From: an uncultured Acidobacteriota bacterium
GTDB lineage: Bacteria > Acidobacteriota > Terriglobia > Acidiferrales > UBA7541
Direction: 5' to 3'
Assembly: GCA_963812565.1 (NCBI GenBank)
Contig: CAWEVR010000006.1
Span: 216,199 to 280,198, forward strand
DNA: 64,000 nt
Part shown: one piece after another, positions 9,196-17,327 of the stretch
Layout: each line of letters begins with the position of its first letter
How positions within the stretch are numbered: position 1 is the first letter of the stretch
Notes under the pieces: generated by a model
Told to the model about the DNA's origin: nothing
Seen by the model: only the letters and a program-made list of their open reading frames with translations
Databases searched by the model: none
Position numbers and translations under genes: made by a program

Positions 9196-10227
9196 CTAGG
9201 CGCGAACTTCCCATGTATCGCCCGCGCGAAGAAGCTTTGCGAGATCGCCTTTTCCCTTTTTCGTCTCGACATCGAGAATCTGCTTGGCGATGAGATCCTC
9301 GTAACGCGGCAAGTCCCACGCGCGCAAAACGCCGATGGGAGTGGGGAAGCCGGGTCGTTGCTCCATGTGCGCGAGCAGAAATGCGTAGGCCGGGCGCGGA
9401 TGATTCTCGTCGTGAACGAGCAAATCCTTTTCGGTGATCCCATTGCCGAGCTGGACCACCTCCAAATCGAGACCTTTCAGCCGAATGCCCTTGTCGCGGT
9501 TCTTGCCGAAGATGAGCGGCTTGCCGTGTTCGAGCTGAACGATGTGCTCGCTGCGTGCATCTTTTTCAGTCAGGTCTATCCATGCGCCGTCGTTGAAGAT
9601 GTTGCAGTTCTGAAGTATCTCGACGTAAGCCGCGCCTTGGTGGGCGGCCGTTTTTTTCAACGTATCCTTCAAATGTTGTTGGAACACGTCCACAGAGCGA
9701 GCTACAAAAGTGCCTTCGGACCCAATTGCCAGCGCAATGGGATTGAACGGTCGGTCAGCGGTACCGTATGGAGTTGACTTTGTCTTTTTGCCGTATTCAG
9801 AGGTCGGCGAGTATTGCCCTTTGGTCAGGCCGTAGATCTTGTTATTGAACATGAGGACTTTAATCCCCACGTTTCGGCGCAGCATGTGAATCGTATGGTT
9901 GCCGCCGATCGAGAGCGAGTCGCCGTCGCCCGTAACCACCCAGACGTCGAGGTCCGGCCGCGCCAGTTTTACGCCGGTGGCCACAGCAGGCGCGCGCCCG
10001 TGAATCGTGTGGAAGCCGAATGTGTTCATGTAATACGGGAATCGGCTGGAGCAGCCGATGCCGGAAACGATCACGAATTTTTCGCGGGGAATCCCAAGCT
10101 CAGCGAACACGGACTGCACGGCGGAAAGGATCGCGTAGTCTCCGCAGCCCGGACACCAGCGCACCTCCTGGTCCGTCTGGTAATCCTTTTTCGTGTAGAC
10201 CGGTAAAGTGGCCGTAGTCATTTCCAT
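9196..10227 (-). CDS. korB: 2-oxoacid:ferredoxin oxidoreductase, beta (TPP-binding) subunit
   Basis: Carries RWCPGCGDYAILSA, GIGCSSRFPYY and VTGDGDSLSIGGNH, the signatures of the KorB/OorB family. Confidence 0.9.
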   Translation of the reverse strand: MEMTTATLPVYTKKDYQTDQEVRWCPGCGDYAILSAVQSVFAELGIPREKFVIVSGIGCSSRFPYYMNTFGFHTIHGRAPAVATGVKLARPDLDVWVVTGDGDSLSIGGNHTIHMLRRNVGIKVLMFNNKIYGLTKGQYSPTSEYGKKTKSTPYGTADRPFNPIALAIGSEGTFVARSVDVFQQHLKDTLKKTAAHQGAAYVEILQNCNIFNDGAWIDLTEKDARSEHIVQLEHGKPLIFGKNRDKGIRLKGLDLEVVQLGNGITEKDLLVHDENHPRPAYAFLLAHMEQRPGFPTPIGVLRAWDLPRYEDLIAKQILDVETKKGKGDLAKLLRAGDTWEVRA

Positions 10228-10249
10228 TCTCCTGGGATTGATACGCGCA

Positions 10250-12103
10250 TTAGCCCACCAATTCTTGAATTTTGCGTTCGATTTCGGCTTGCTGGAAGGG
10301 TTTCCCCTGAATCTTGTTGAGTCCCTGCGCGTCCACCAGGTACTTAGCGCGAAGGAGCATGATGAGCTGCCCCATATTCATCTCCGGGACAAGAATCTTC
10401 TTGTAGCGCTTGAGAACCTGTCCGAGATTTCTTGGCAGCGGGTTCAGATGCCGCAAGTGAACGTGGCCGATTCGCCGGCCCGTGGAACGCTGAGCATTCA
10501 GCGCTGCCGTTATCGGGCCGTGCGTTGAACCCCAAGCTACGATCAAAAGGTCACCTTCGGGATCACCCGCGGGAACGACGTCCGGGATGTCCAGCGCGAC
10601 GGCTTCGACCTTGGCAGCGCGGATTCGAACCATGCGCTCATGGTTGAGCGGGTCGTAGTTCACGTTGCCGGTCACGTCCTGCTTCTCGATGCCTCCAATG
10701 CGGTGCTCGAGGCCGGGTGTGCCCGGTATGGCCCAGGGCCGCGCGAGCGTTTCCGGATCGCGTCGGTAGGGCTGGAAATTCTCCGGGTTGGTGGCGAAGT
10801 GCACGGGGATGTCTGGCAGCTCGGACACTTCGGGAATCTTCCACGGCTCGGCGCCATTGGCAAGATAGCCGTCCGAAAGGATGATGACGGGCACCATGTG
10901 CTTGATAGCGATACGGCTGGCTTCGAGCGCGACCCAGAAGCAATCTCCCGGGGTTGACGCCGCGATTACGGGAATAGGAGCCTCCGAATTTCTGCTGAAC
11001 ATGGCCTGCAACAGGTCTGCTTGCTCGGTTTTCGTCGGCAGACCCGTCGAGGGGCCTCCGCGCTGAATGTCGCAGATGACAAGCGGCAACTCGACAGCCA
11101 CGGCCAGGCCGAGAGCCTCGGTCTTCAGCGCCATGCCCGGGCCTGATGTGGCCGTGATTCCCAGAGCGCCGGAATAGGCGGCACCGATGGCCGACGTAAC
11201 GGCGGCAATTTCATCCTCTGCCTGAAAAGTGATTACTCCGAAGTCCTTGTACTGGGACAGCTCGTGGAGGATGTCGGAAGCCGGTGTAATCGGGTAAGAG
11301 CCGAGAAACAAAGGGATGCCGGCCTTTTGGGAAGCAGCAACGAATCCCAGAGCGAGGGCAGTGTTTCCGCTGATGTTGCGATACAACCCGGGCGCGAGCT
11401 TTGCGGGTGGAATCTCGTACGAGATTTGAAATGCCTCGGTGGCCTCGCAATAGCTGCAGCCGCCCTGCAAGGCCAGACGATTGGCCTGGGCAAGCTGCGG
11501 TTTGGATTTGAATTTGTCGTCGATCCAACGAAGCGTCGCTTCCATCGACCGGTTGTAGAGCCAGTAGCACATCCCGAGCGCGAAGAAGTTCTTGCAGCGG
11601 TCCATGCTCTTGGCATCGAGCCCTAATTCCTTCAGCGCGGCGCGTGTAAGCCGCGTCAGCTCGACCGCGAACAGCCGGTATGCGTCCAGCGAATGGTCCT
11701 CGATGGGATTCGAGGTCATTTGCGCTTTGCGAAGATCCGTCTCCTTAAAGCTGTCGAGGTTGACGATCAAAATACCGTTGGGCCGTAAATCCGCGAGGTT
11801 CATCTTGAGTGCCGCTGGATTCATGGCCACCAGCGCGTCCACGGAATCGCCCGGCGTATAGACATCGCTTGAGGAGAAATGAACCTGGAACCCGCTGACG
11901 CCCGGTAGGGTGCCTGCAGGGGCGCGAATCTCGGCGGGGTAGTCGGGGAACGTGGCCAAGTCGTTGCCGTAAAGCGCCACGGTGTTGGTGAACTGGTTCC
12001 CCGTAATCTGCATGCCATCGCCGGAGTCCCCACAGAAGCGAATTACGGCCTTGTCGATGACCTCGCGCTTTCGACCCGGGATTTCAACGATTGTCGTAGA
12101 CAT
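10250..12103 (-). CDS. korA: 2-oxoacid:ferredoxin oxidoreductase, alpha subunit
   Basis: A 617-aa protein with a fused gamma-like N-terminus and an alpha domain (GSYPITPASDILHEL, TSGPGMALK). It lies immediately upstream of korB on the same strand. Confidence 0.9.
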   Translation of the reverse strand: MSTTIVEIPGRKREVIDKAVIRFCGDSGDGMQITGNQFTNTVALYGNDLATFPDYPAEIRAPAGTLPGVSGFQVHFSSSDVYTPGDSVDALVAMNPAALKMNLADLRPNGILIVNLDSFKETDLRKAQMTSNPIEDHSLDAYRLFAVELTRLTRAALKELGLDAKSMDRCKNFFALGMCYWLYNRSMEATLRWIDDKFKSKPQLAQANRLALQGGCSYCEATEAFQISYEIPPAKLAPGLYRNISGNTALALGFVAASQKAGIPLFLGSYPITPASDILHELSQYKDFGVITFQAEDEIAAVTSAIGAAYSGALGITATSGPGMALKTEALGLAVAVELPLVICDIQRGGPSTGLPTKTEQADLLQAMFSRNSEAPIPVIAASTPGDCFWVALEASRIAIKHMVPVIILSDGYLANGAEPWKIPEVSELPDIPVHFATNPENFQPYRRDPETLARPWAIPGTPGLEHRIGGIEKQDVTGNVNYDPLNHERMVRIRAAKVEAVALDIPDVVPAGDPEGDLLIVAWGSTHGPITAALNAQRSTGRRIGHVHLRHLNPLPRNLGQVLKRYKKILVPEMNMGQLIMLLRAKYLVDAQGLNKIQGKPFQQAEIERKIQELVG

Positions 12104-12359
12104 GGTTTCCTAGGACCCTCACTTCCAAGATGAGTCGACTGGACAGATGATGACACCCCAACATTTCGTCAAAATGAGCTCACGTAGGATTTCGGAAAAT
12201 TGCCCTTCAAAATAGTAGCACGGCACGGGTTACGCGAAAATCGAAATCGTCGAGCTCTCATGCCGTTAGCATTACCTCGATACCTTCTGTTTGACTTAGA
12301 TGCAAACTCCTGGTTAGGCGTATAGCAGGACAAAAGATATGCATCCCGTTCTACTTCGT

Positions 12360-12860
12360 TTATACCAAGCCCATTTCGAAGAAGCGTGCGCCGGGCACGG
12401 GGTTAAATCGGTAGGGCAGGATCTCCCGGAAGCCGAGGGAACGATAGAGGGCCTGCGCCTTCGCCATCTCCGGCAACGTGTCGAGGCGCACGCTGCGATA
12501 GCCGATCCTCCGCGCCGCATCCATCACGGCCCGCGCGAGCCCTCGGCCCACGCCCCGCCCGCGAAACTGCGGCCGGATGTACAGACGCTTCATTTCACAG
12601 GTCGTGCTCTCGAACTGCCGTAGGGCGACACAACCCGCCAGGCCTGGAACTTCGGATCCGAGCTGGCCTTCGGCCGAACTTTCTATGAAAGCCAGGAGCA
12701 GACAACCCTGGGGCGGAGCGTAGTCACCAGGAAGCTCTGCAAGCTCGGCCTCGAATTCCTGGAAAGATAAATCGACCGTGAGGTTGGAGGCGTATTCACG
12801 GAAAAGTACGGCTGCTTTTTGGACGGTTTCTCTTGAGTCCGCTGAGACGATGCGCAGCAT
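12360..12860 (-). CDS. GNAT family N-acetyltransferase
   Basis: Acetyl-CoA binding motif RPQFRGRGVGRGLARAVM. The size is typical at about 166 aa when started at ATG 12860. Confidence 0.8.
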   Translation of the reverse strand: MLRIVSADSRETVQKAAVLFREYASNLTVDLSFQEFEAELAELPGDYAPPQGCLLLAFIESSAEGQLGSEVPGLAGCVALRQFESTTCEMKRLYIRPQFRGRGVGRGLARAVMDAARRIGYRSVRLDTLPEMAKAQALYRSLGFREILPYRFNPVPGARFFEMGLV

Positions 12861-13009
12861 GGCGATTCCGTGAAGTGAATATCTCAGTTTGGAGAAGTGG
12901 AGAGTGATTGCCAACGCCCAAATTGGATGGGCGCGAATCGACTGTCATTAGTCTTTGCCGGAATCCAAGATGGCAGCGCTGGGGCAAGCGAACCTGTCCC
13001 GGAGTACCA

Positions 13010-13038
13010 TTGACTTTCGCTTTTACTTCGCCTATAGT
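13010..13038 (+). promoter_or_regulatory. Sigma70-type promoter of lexA (TTGACT-17 nt-TATAGT)
   Basis: Near-consensus hexamers with a 17-nt spacer, ending 26 nt before the lexA ATG. Confidence 0.55.
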
Positions 13039-13064
13039 CCAACCGCGATCCTGGGAGACCTTAC

Positions 13065-13688
13065 ATGTCGCTGACGAAAAGGCAGAAGGAAGTTCTGAAC
13101 TACCTGGTGAGTTTCCTGAACAAGAACGGCTACTCGCCGAGCTTTGAGGAAATTGCGCACGCGCTGAAGCTGACTTCGCTCGCGACGGTGCACAAACATC
13201 TTCAAACGCTCGAGAAAAAGGGGTTCATCCGCCGCGGCTACAACCAGAGCCGATCGATTGAAGTCTTGCAGCTTCCGAAACCGGTACGCGAGCAGGTGCT
13301 CGATCGCCACATCGTGGAGCTGCCGCTCGCCGGACGCATCGCCGCCGGGCGCCCTCTCGAAGCGGTCGAAGACCGCGAAACGATTTCGCTGGCCGATTTT
13401 GCGCGCGGCCAAAACACATTCGTGCTTCAGGTAAAGGGCGATTCCATGCACGAGGACCACATCCTCGATGGCGATTTCATTGTCGTCGAGCAAACGCAAG
13501 TAGCCAATCCAGGCGAGATTGTCGTCGCGCTAGTAGGCGAAGATGAAGCCACCGTGAAAAGATTCTATCGCGAAGCCGGCGGGAAGGTTCGTTTGCAGCC
13601 GGCAAACTCGCAGATGTCGCCGATCGTGGTGTCGGCCACGGATGTCAGAATCCAGGGCCGCGTGGTCGGCGTTCTACGGAAGTATTAG
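13065..13688 (+). CDS. lexA: LexA SOS repressor
   Basis: N-terminal winged HTH (LTKRQKEVLNYL...GYSPSFEEIA), an Ala-Gly cleavage site (LPLAGRIAAGRP), the catalytic Ser in VKGDSM and the Lys in ATVKRF. Confidence 0.95.
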   Translation: MSLTKRQKEVLNYLVSFLNKNGYSPSFEEIAHALKLTSLATVHKHLQTLEKKGFIRRGYNQSRSIEVLQLPKPVREQVLDRHIVELPLAGRIAAGRPLEAVEDRETISLADFARGQNTFVLQVKGDSMHEDHILDGDFIVVEQTQVANPGEIVVALVGEDEATVKRFYREAGGKVRLQPANSQMSPIVVSATDVRIQGRVVGVLRKY

Positions 13689-13892
13689 AAGAGTTTTCCA
13701 GGATATGAGCCAGTAAGGCCGAGTCCCCGGTCACACGCCGAGGGCATCAAGTTCAACCCTTGCTTCAGCATTGCCTCGCAGGACACTTTTTCCCGATTTT
13801 GCATTTGCCTTACGATTCGCAGGGGACTACATTCAAAGACCCAGTCTTTATCTATTCCCGGTTTTAGGCGAAGTTGAGCCCGAGGAGGCTCC

Positions 13893-14450
13893 ATGTGGGG
13901 AGACAAGAAGCCTGACGTCCCGGCGAAGGCGCCGCTCCCGCAGCAAGTGAAGTCATCCGGAACTAGCGCGTCACCATATCTCGGGGAGGCAAAGACCATG
14001 GCACCTTTGGATTCGACGTATCCCGCGACGACAAGCGGCGGAACGGCTCGGCTCGGGGCAAGCCTGCACGTCAAGGGCGAGATCACGGGCAACGAAGACC
14101 TGACGATTGACGGCACGGTGGAAGGTTTGGTCCACCTCGAAGATCGTAAGCTCACGGTCGGCGCGAGCGCAAAAGTAACAGCGGACGTCATTTCACGCGA
14201 AGTGGTGGTGTACGGCAACGTGAAAGGAAATCTGCGGGCGCGCGACCGCATCGAGATCAAGAAGGACGGCTCGGTGGTTGGCGACCTCACGACGGCGCGT
14301 ATCATGATCGAGGACGGCGCGTACTTCAAAGGCTCGATCGAAATCGATAAGGCCGGCGAAGGAAGCGACAACGACCTCGAGAAGCCGGCGTACACGCGGG
14401 CCGCTCGAACGGGCGCTGCGTCCACCACTTCATCTTCTTCCTCGGATTAA
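13893..14450 (+). CDS. Bactofilin (polymer-forming cytoskeletal protein, DUF583)
   Basis: A repetitive beta-helix core (VKGEITGNEDLTIDGTVEGLV...VYGNVKGNLRARDRIEIKKDGSVVGDL...IEDGAYFKGSIEI) flanked by disordered tails. GAGGAGG lies upstream of the ATG. Confidence 0.85.
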   Translation: MWGDKKPDVPAKAPLPQQVKSSGTSASPYLGEAKTMAPLDSTYPATTSGGTARLGASLHVKGEITGNEDLTIDGTVEGLVHLEDRKLTVGASAKVTADVISREVVVYGNVKGNLRARDRIEIKKDGSVVGDLTTARIMIEDGAYFKGSIEIDKAGEGSDNDLEKPAYTRAARTGAASTTSSSSSD

Positions 14451-14472
14451 AATCGCGTAATTCCGCGCGGAC

Positions 14473-14515
14473 GGGCCTTGTCCCGAGCCATCGGGACGAG
14501 GCCCGCGCCGCTTTT
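14473..14515 (+). terminator. Candidate intrinsic terminator after the bactofilin gene
   Basis: A GGGCC-tt-GTCCCGA-gcca-TCGGGAC-ga-GGCCC hairpin is followed within 7 nt by CTTTT. The T-run is short and displaced. Confidence 0.35.
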
Positions 14516-14699
14516 CCCAGCGTCCACGAATTGCGGTCGCCCCTCTGCGCGTTGTCATCTCCGGCGAACTCTTCGTTGCCGGCAGCTCGTCTCGCACCCC
14601 GAAAAAAGATGTAATAAAATGGTAAAATACTCTACCCTTAAATCGAGCGAAAATTAGCGATCTTGGGCGGGCAAGCCCCGAAAAGGATGCGGTGCGGCG

Positions 14700-15302
14700 A
14701 TGGCGCGAAAACTCACGGGCGCGCGGGCAAAAACCGTCCGGGCGTTCAACGCCTACATCGACCTGATGGACGCGGCAGATTGGATCCGCGATGAGATGAA
14801 CCGGCAGCTCGATTCGTGGGACCTGACTGTTACGCAGTTTCGAGTGCTCGAAAGGATCTACCGGCACGGACCGCAGTACCAGCAGGCGATCAGCCACACG
14901 TTTCGTTGCAGCAAGCAGAACGTGCGATATGTAATCGAGGACCTCGTGAGCAGCGGGTGCGTGCGCCGCGTGCATTCGTCTCTTCCACCGGTTCGGTTGA
15001 GGGACCCTTCGGCCGGTGCGGGGCGCGTTCGACGCCTCGGCAGGAAACGCGCAGAGCAAGCAAGACGCCGGGGCGCTGAGGATCGGCGGGGCCGAAGAAT
15101 CATCCTGCTGCGGCTGACGCCGGAAGGAAAAGATTTGATCGCGCACGTTTTTCCGAAGCACGCGAAGGTGGTGAAGTCGCATATGAGGGTGCTCGACGGG
15201 CGGGAGCAGGCGACGCTGAGCCGGCTGTGCCGGAAATTGAGGGAAGGGGACATTGTGAAGTTCGTTCGGGAGATTACGATGGACCGTGATGAGGACATTT
15301 AG
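14700..15302 (+). CDS. MarR family transcriptional regulator with a ~36-aa Arg-rich insertion in the wing
   Basis: MarR winged-helix pattern (LTVTQFRVLERIYRHGPQYQQAISHTF...NVRYVIEDLVSSGCVRR ... DRRGRRIILLRLTPEGKDL). It is interrupted by an extra segment at residues ~92-127. Confidence 0.8.
   Translation: MARKLTGARAKTVRAFNAYIDLMDAADWIRDEMNRQLDSWDLTVTQFRVLERIYRHGPQYQQAISHTFRCSKQNVRYVIEDLVSSGCVRRVHSSLPPVRLRDPSAGAGRVRRLGRKRAEQARRRGAEDRRGRRIILLRLTPEGKDLIAHVFPKHAKVVKSHMRVLDGREQATLSRLCRKLREGDIVKFVREITMDRDEDI
14999..15086 (+). repeat. Degenerate copy of the GAGAGATCCTTCG...CAGGATGAC repeat module, embedded in frame in the MarR gene
   Basis: The 5' end GAGGGACCCTTCGG matches the family 5' end GAGAGATCCTTCGG at 12 of 14 positions. 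Interior: GCGCAGAGCAAG versus GCGCAGAGAGAAG. The 3' end is CTGAGGATCGG versus CTCAGGATGACGG. It has the same codon phase (RDPS...xxD) as ORFs read through intergenic copies. Confidence 0.4.
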
Positions 15303-15349
15303 AGTTAACGGTTGAGACTTCAGAGTTGAAAGTTAAGAGCTAAGTGTCA
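15301..15349. repeat. Seven degenerate tandem heptamers (AGAGTTN) with a mirror arrangement of GTTAA/GTTGA
   Basis: Reads AGAGTTA ACGGTTG AGACTTC AGAGTTG AAAGTTA AGAGCTA AGTGTCA, starting inside the MarR stop codon. This gives GTTAA-n2-GTTGA-n9-GTTGA-n2-GTTAA. Confidence 0.4.
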
Positions 15350-15740
15350 AAACCATCGCACCCTTTGCGAACGGCGCAAAGGATGCGGCACCCCAAAGAC
15401 CAAATTCCACGCCCAAAGAAAACAGACGACAACTGCGAGGTCGGAATTCGAACTGAAACTTTCGCCCGCACGAACGTGAATCGTGGAAAAGACGGATGCG
15501 AAAGGCTTGGCCACCTGCCGCCTGTCCTCGGTAATTACACGCAGTCTGAGGTGTTTTCGCACGAAACATCGCTAGATACGCAGGCAATCGCCAAAACACT
15601 GCAAATTGAATACATTCTTGTCGGAACGCTCGCTGGGTTCAAGTTCGTTGTGTCCAAGGGCAGAAGAAGCGTACGATGCGCACAAGTCGGAAATCCAAAT
15701 CGGAAATTCTGACCCAGAGCGGTTCGACCGGAGGTAATGG

Positions 15741-16481
15741 TTGATCGTTGTGGCTCACAAAAAGAGAGCAGCCAGGACATTCTTCGACAAGTTGCACGAT
15801 CATCTAACTTCGCGCCTGCCCTCCAGCGACGAACTTAGGCGAAAGGTCCGAGAAACGGTTTTGAACGCGAAGAATTCACAATCGCCGAACGATAAATGCA
15901 AGGCTTTTCCGGAAGGCGCCTTCCTGAATCAGTTCGTCATTGATCCGATTCACGAATTCCTAAAATCGGAACTCAGCCTATCTAGAGAGGAAGCATGTCG
16001 TGCGCTCCTTTCAGAATCGTATAGAAGCCATCCGACGATTGCTTCGGGATCGCCTAAGAGTGCATTGAGGCACCCCTTTACGAAAGTTCTTGGCGCAACT
16101 GCCAAGAGCGTTGCGGGCAGGTGGTGGGACAAGGCAACTAAATCCTGTGTCTCCCAAAGCTGCCCCGACTTGGCTCTCCGTAGTCCCTGCCCCTACACTA
16201 CTCTGTTCGAAGCTAAGTATTTCCCGAAAGGAGGAGCGGAAGCGGCGAAGACGGCTTTGGTCACGGGGATTTATCAGAGCTTTTACTATCGCGGGCTGCC
16301 GCACGTTGAAAAAGACAAGAGATATGCCGCCTGGGATTATGATTTCTCGTGCTTCTTGATTTGTGACAGTACGGACAAGGGCAGCGTTTTCTCTGCGTGG
16401 GATGATGTTCGGTCAGACATAAGCCGAGGCTGTTGGGAAGGAGGGAACATCTACGTCATGGTACTTCGAGGCGGGCTATGA
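15741..16481 (+). CDS. Hypothetical protein with a PD-(D/E)xK nuclease-like motif
   Basis: TTG start with GGAGG 6 nt upstream, in an AT-richer region. The motif CPDLALRSPCPYTTLFEAKYF (P142 D143 ... E157 A158 K159) fits hhPD-x(13)-ExK. No family was recognised. Confidence 0.55.
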   Translation: MIVVAHKKRAARTFFDKLHDHLTSRLPSSDELRRKVRETVLNAKNSQSPNDKCKAFPEGAFLNQFVIDPIHEFLKSELSLSREEACRALLSESYRSHPTIASGSPKSALRHPFTKVLGATAKSVAGRWWDKATKSCVSQSCPDLALRSPCPYTTLFEAKYFPKGGAEAAKTALVTGIYQSFYYRGLPHVEKDKRYAAWDYDFSCFLICDSTDKGSVFSAWDDVRSDISRGCWEGGNIYVMVLRGGL

Positions 16482-16855
16482 CCCAATGGACTGTTCCCAG
16501 CGCATCGCCGCCGTGACCGTGTACTAGAAGCGAAAGCTGAAGTTGTGTGTGAATCGTCGCAGGCGTCCGCCTTTCCGACTTAGCTCAGTGAAAAAGTGGC
16601 GACGCTCGAAAAGCCGCTACGTCAAAGGTGACGCACACGGTTTCTGTTGCGTCGCACGAACTCCATTCATGCAGTAAATACCGTATTCACTTTGTCTATT
16701 CTAAGTACTTGACGGCTATTAACACGACTGGCATACTTCGCGCAAAGGTTGCCCCCGGCGGACGCATATACCCCGATCCAATTCGTCTCTCGAGATCCGC
16801 AGCCAAGAGAAGGGTCGCGATTCGCGGGTGCAGGACAAGTCGGAAGTAGGAAAAA

Positions 16856-17239
16856 ATGAAAACCAGACCCGTAGTAGCTATCTCACTTGCAGTCTTCTCA
16901 CTGTCGGTGATGAATTGTTCCGGGCTACCGTCTGTCGTGGCGACCGGCCCGCCGGATTCCCAAATCAAAGAAGATGCTATGTCTAGATTTGAGCCGTGTA
17001 CGAAAAATCATCGCACAGTGGTTGATGGTGTGAAAATTTCCAAACAGAAGGTTGAGAACAATGAAGCGACGCTATTTGTTGGTGTCGAATACCACTGGAC
17101 AATACAACCTACAATGATGCAAGTGTATGTATTTGCCCCCTGCGCGTCATTTAACAAGGGCGTTCCCAAGGGAATGGTGCAGTCGAAAATGATATACAGG
17201 AAGTACGATTCAGAGTGGAAACTAGCGTCCGTTGAGTAG
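16856..17239 (+). CDS. Small secreted protein or lipoprotein-like hypothetical protein
   Basis: Signal peptide MKTRPVVAISLAVFSLSVMNCSG with an imperfect lipobox (VMNC). AGGA lies upstream of the ATG. It ends about 90 nt before the M23 gene. Confidence 0.6.
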   Translation: MKTRPVVAISLAVFSLSVMNCSGLPSVVATGPPDSQIKEDAMSRFEPCTKNHRTVVDGVKISKQKVENNEATLFVGVEYHWTIQPTMMQVYVFAPCASFNKGVPKGMVQSKMIYRKYDSEWKLASVE

Positions 17240-17327
17240 GACCATTTATCTGGTTACCTCCTCGACAATGATCCAAGTCAATGCACCTAAGTCGAAGACA
17301 AACTTCGCGCGAGCCGGGATCGCAAGA

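Noticed and set aside
13091-13101. The AGTTCTGAACT palindrome as a LexA box.
   Set aside because: It lies inside the lexA coding sequence (codons 9-13), not in the promoter. I could not identify a convincing SOS box upstream of lexA.
15344-15712. The 122-aa ORF upstream of the PD-(D/E)xK gene. It includes a segment, IAKTLQIEYILVGTL, that resembles the TolB-N-like block of the kinase.
   Set aside because: It has no SD sequence. Its composition is odd, and the resemblance is confined to about 15 residues. At most it is a gene fragment.
15716-15735. A tRNA-like GGTTCGACC T-loop motif.
   Set aside because: The flanking bases cannot form a 5-bp T-stem, and there is no acceptor or anticodon arm. 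It overlaps the SD region of the next ORF.
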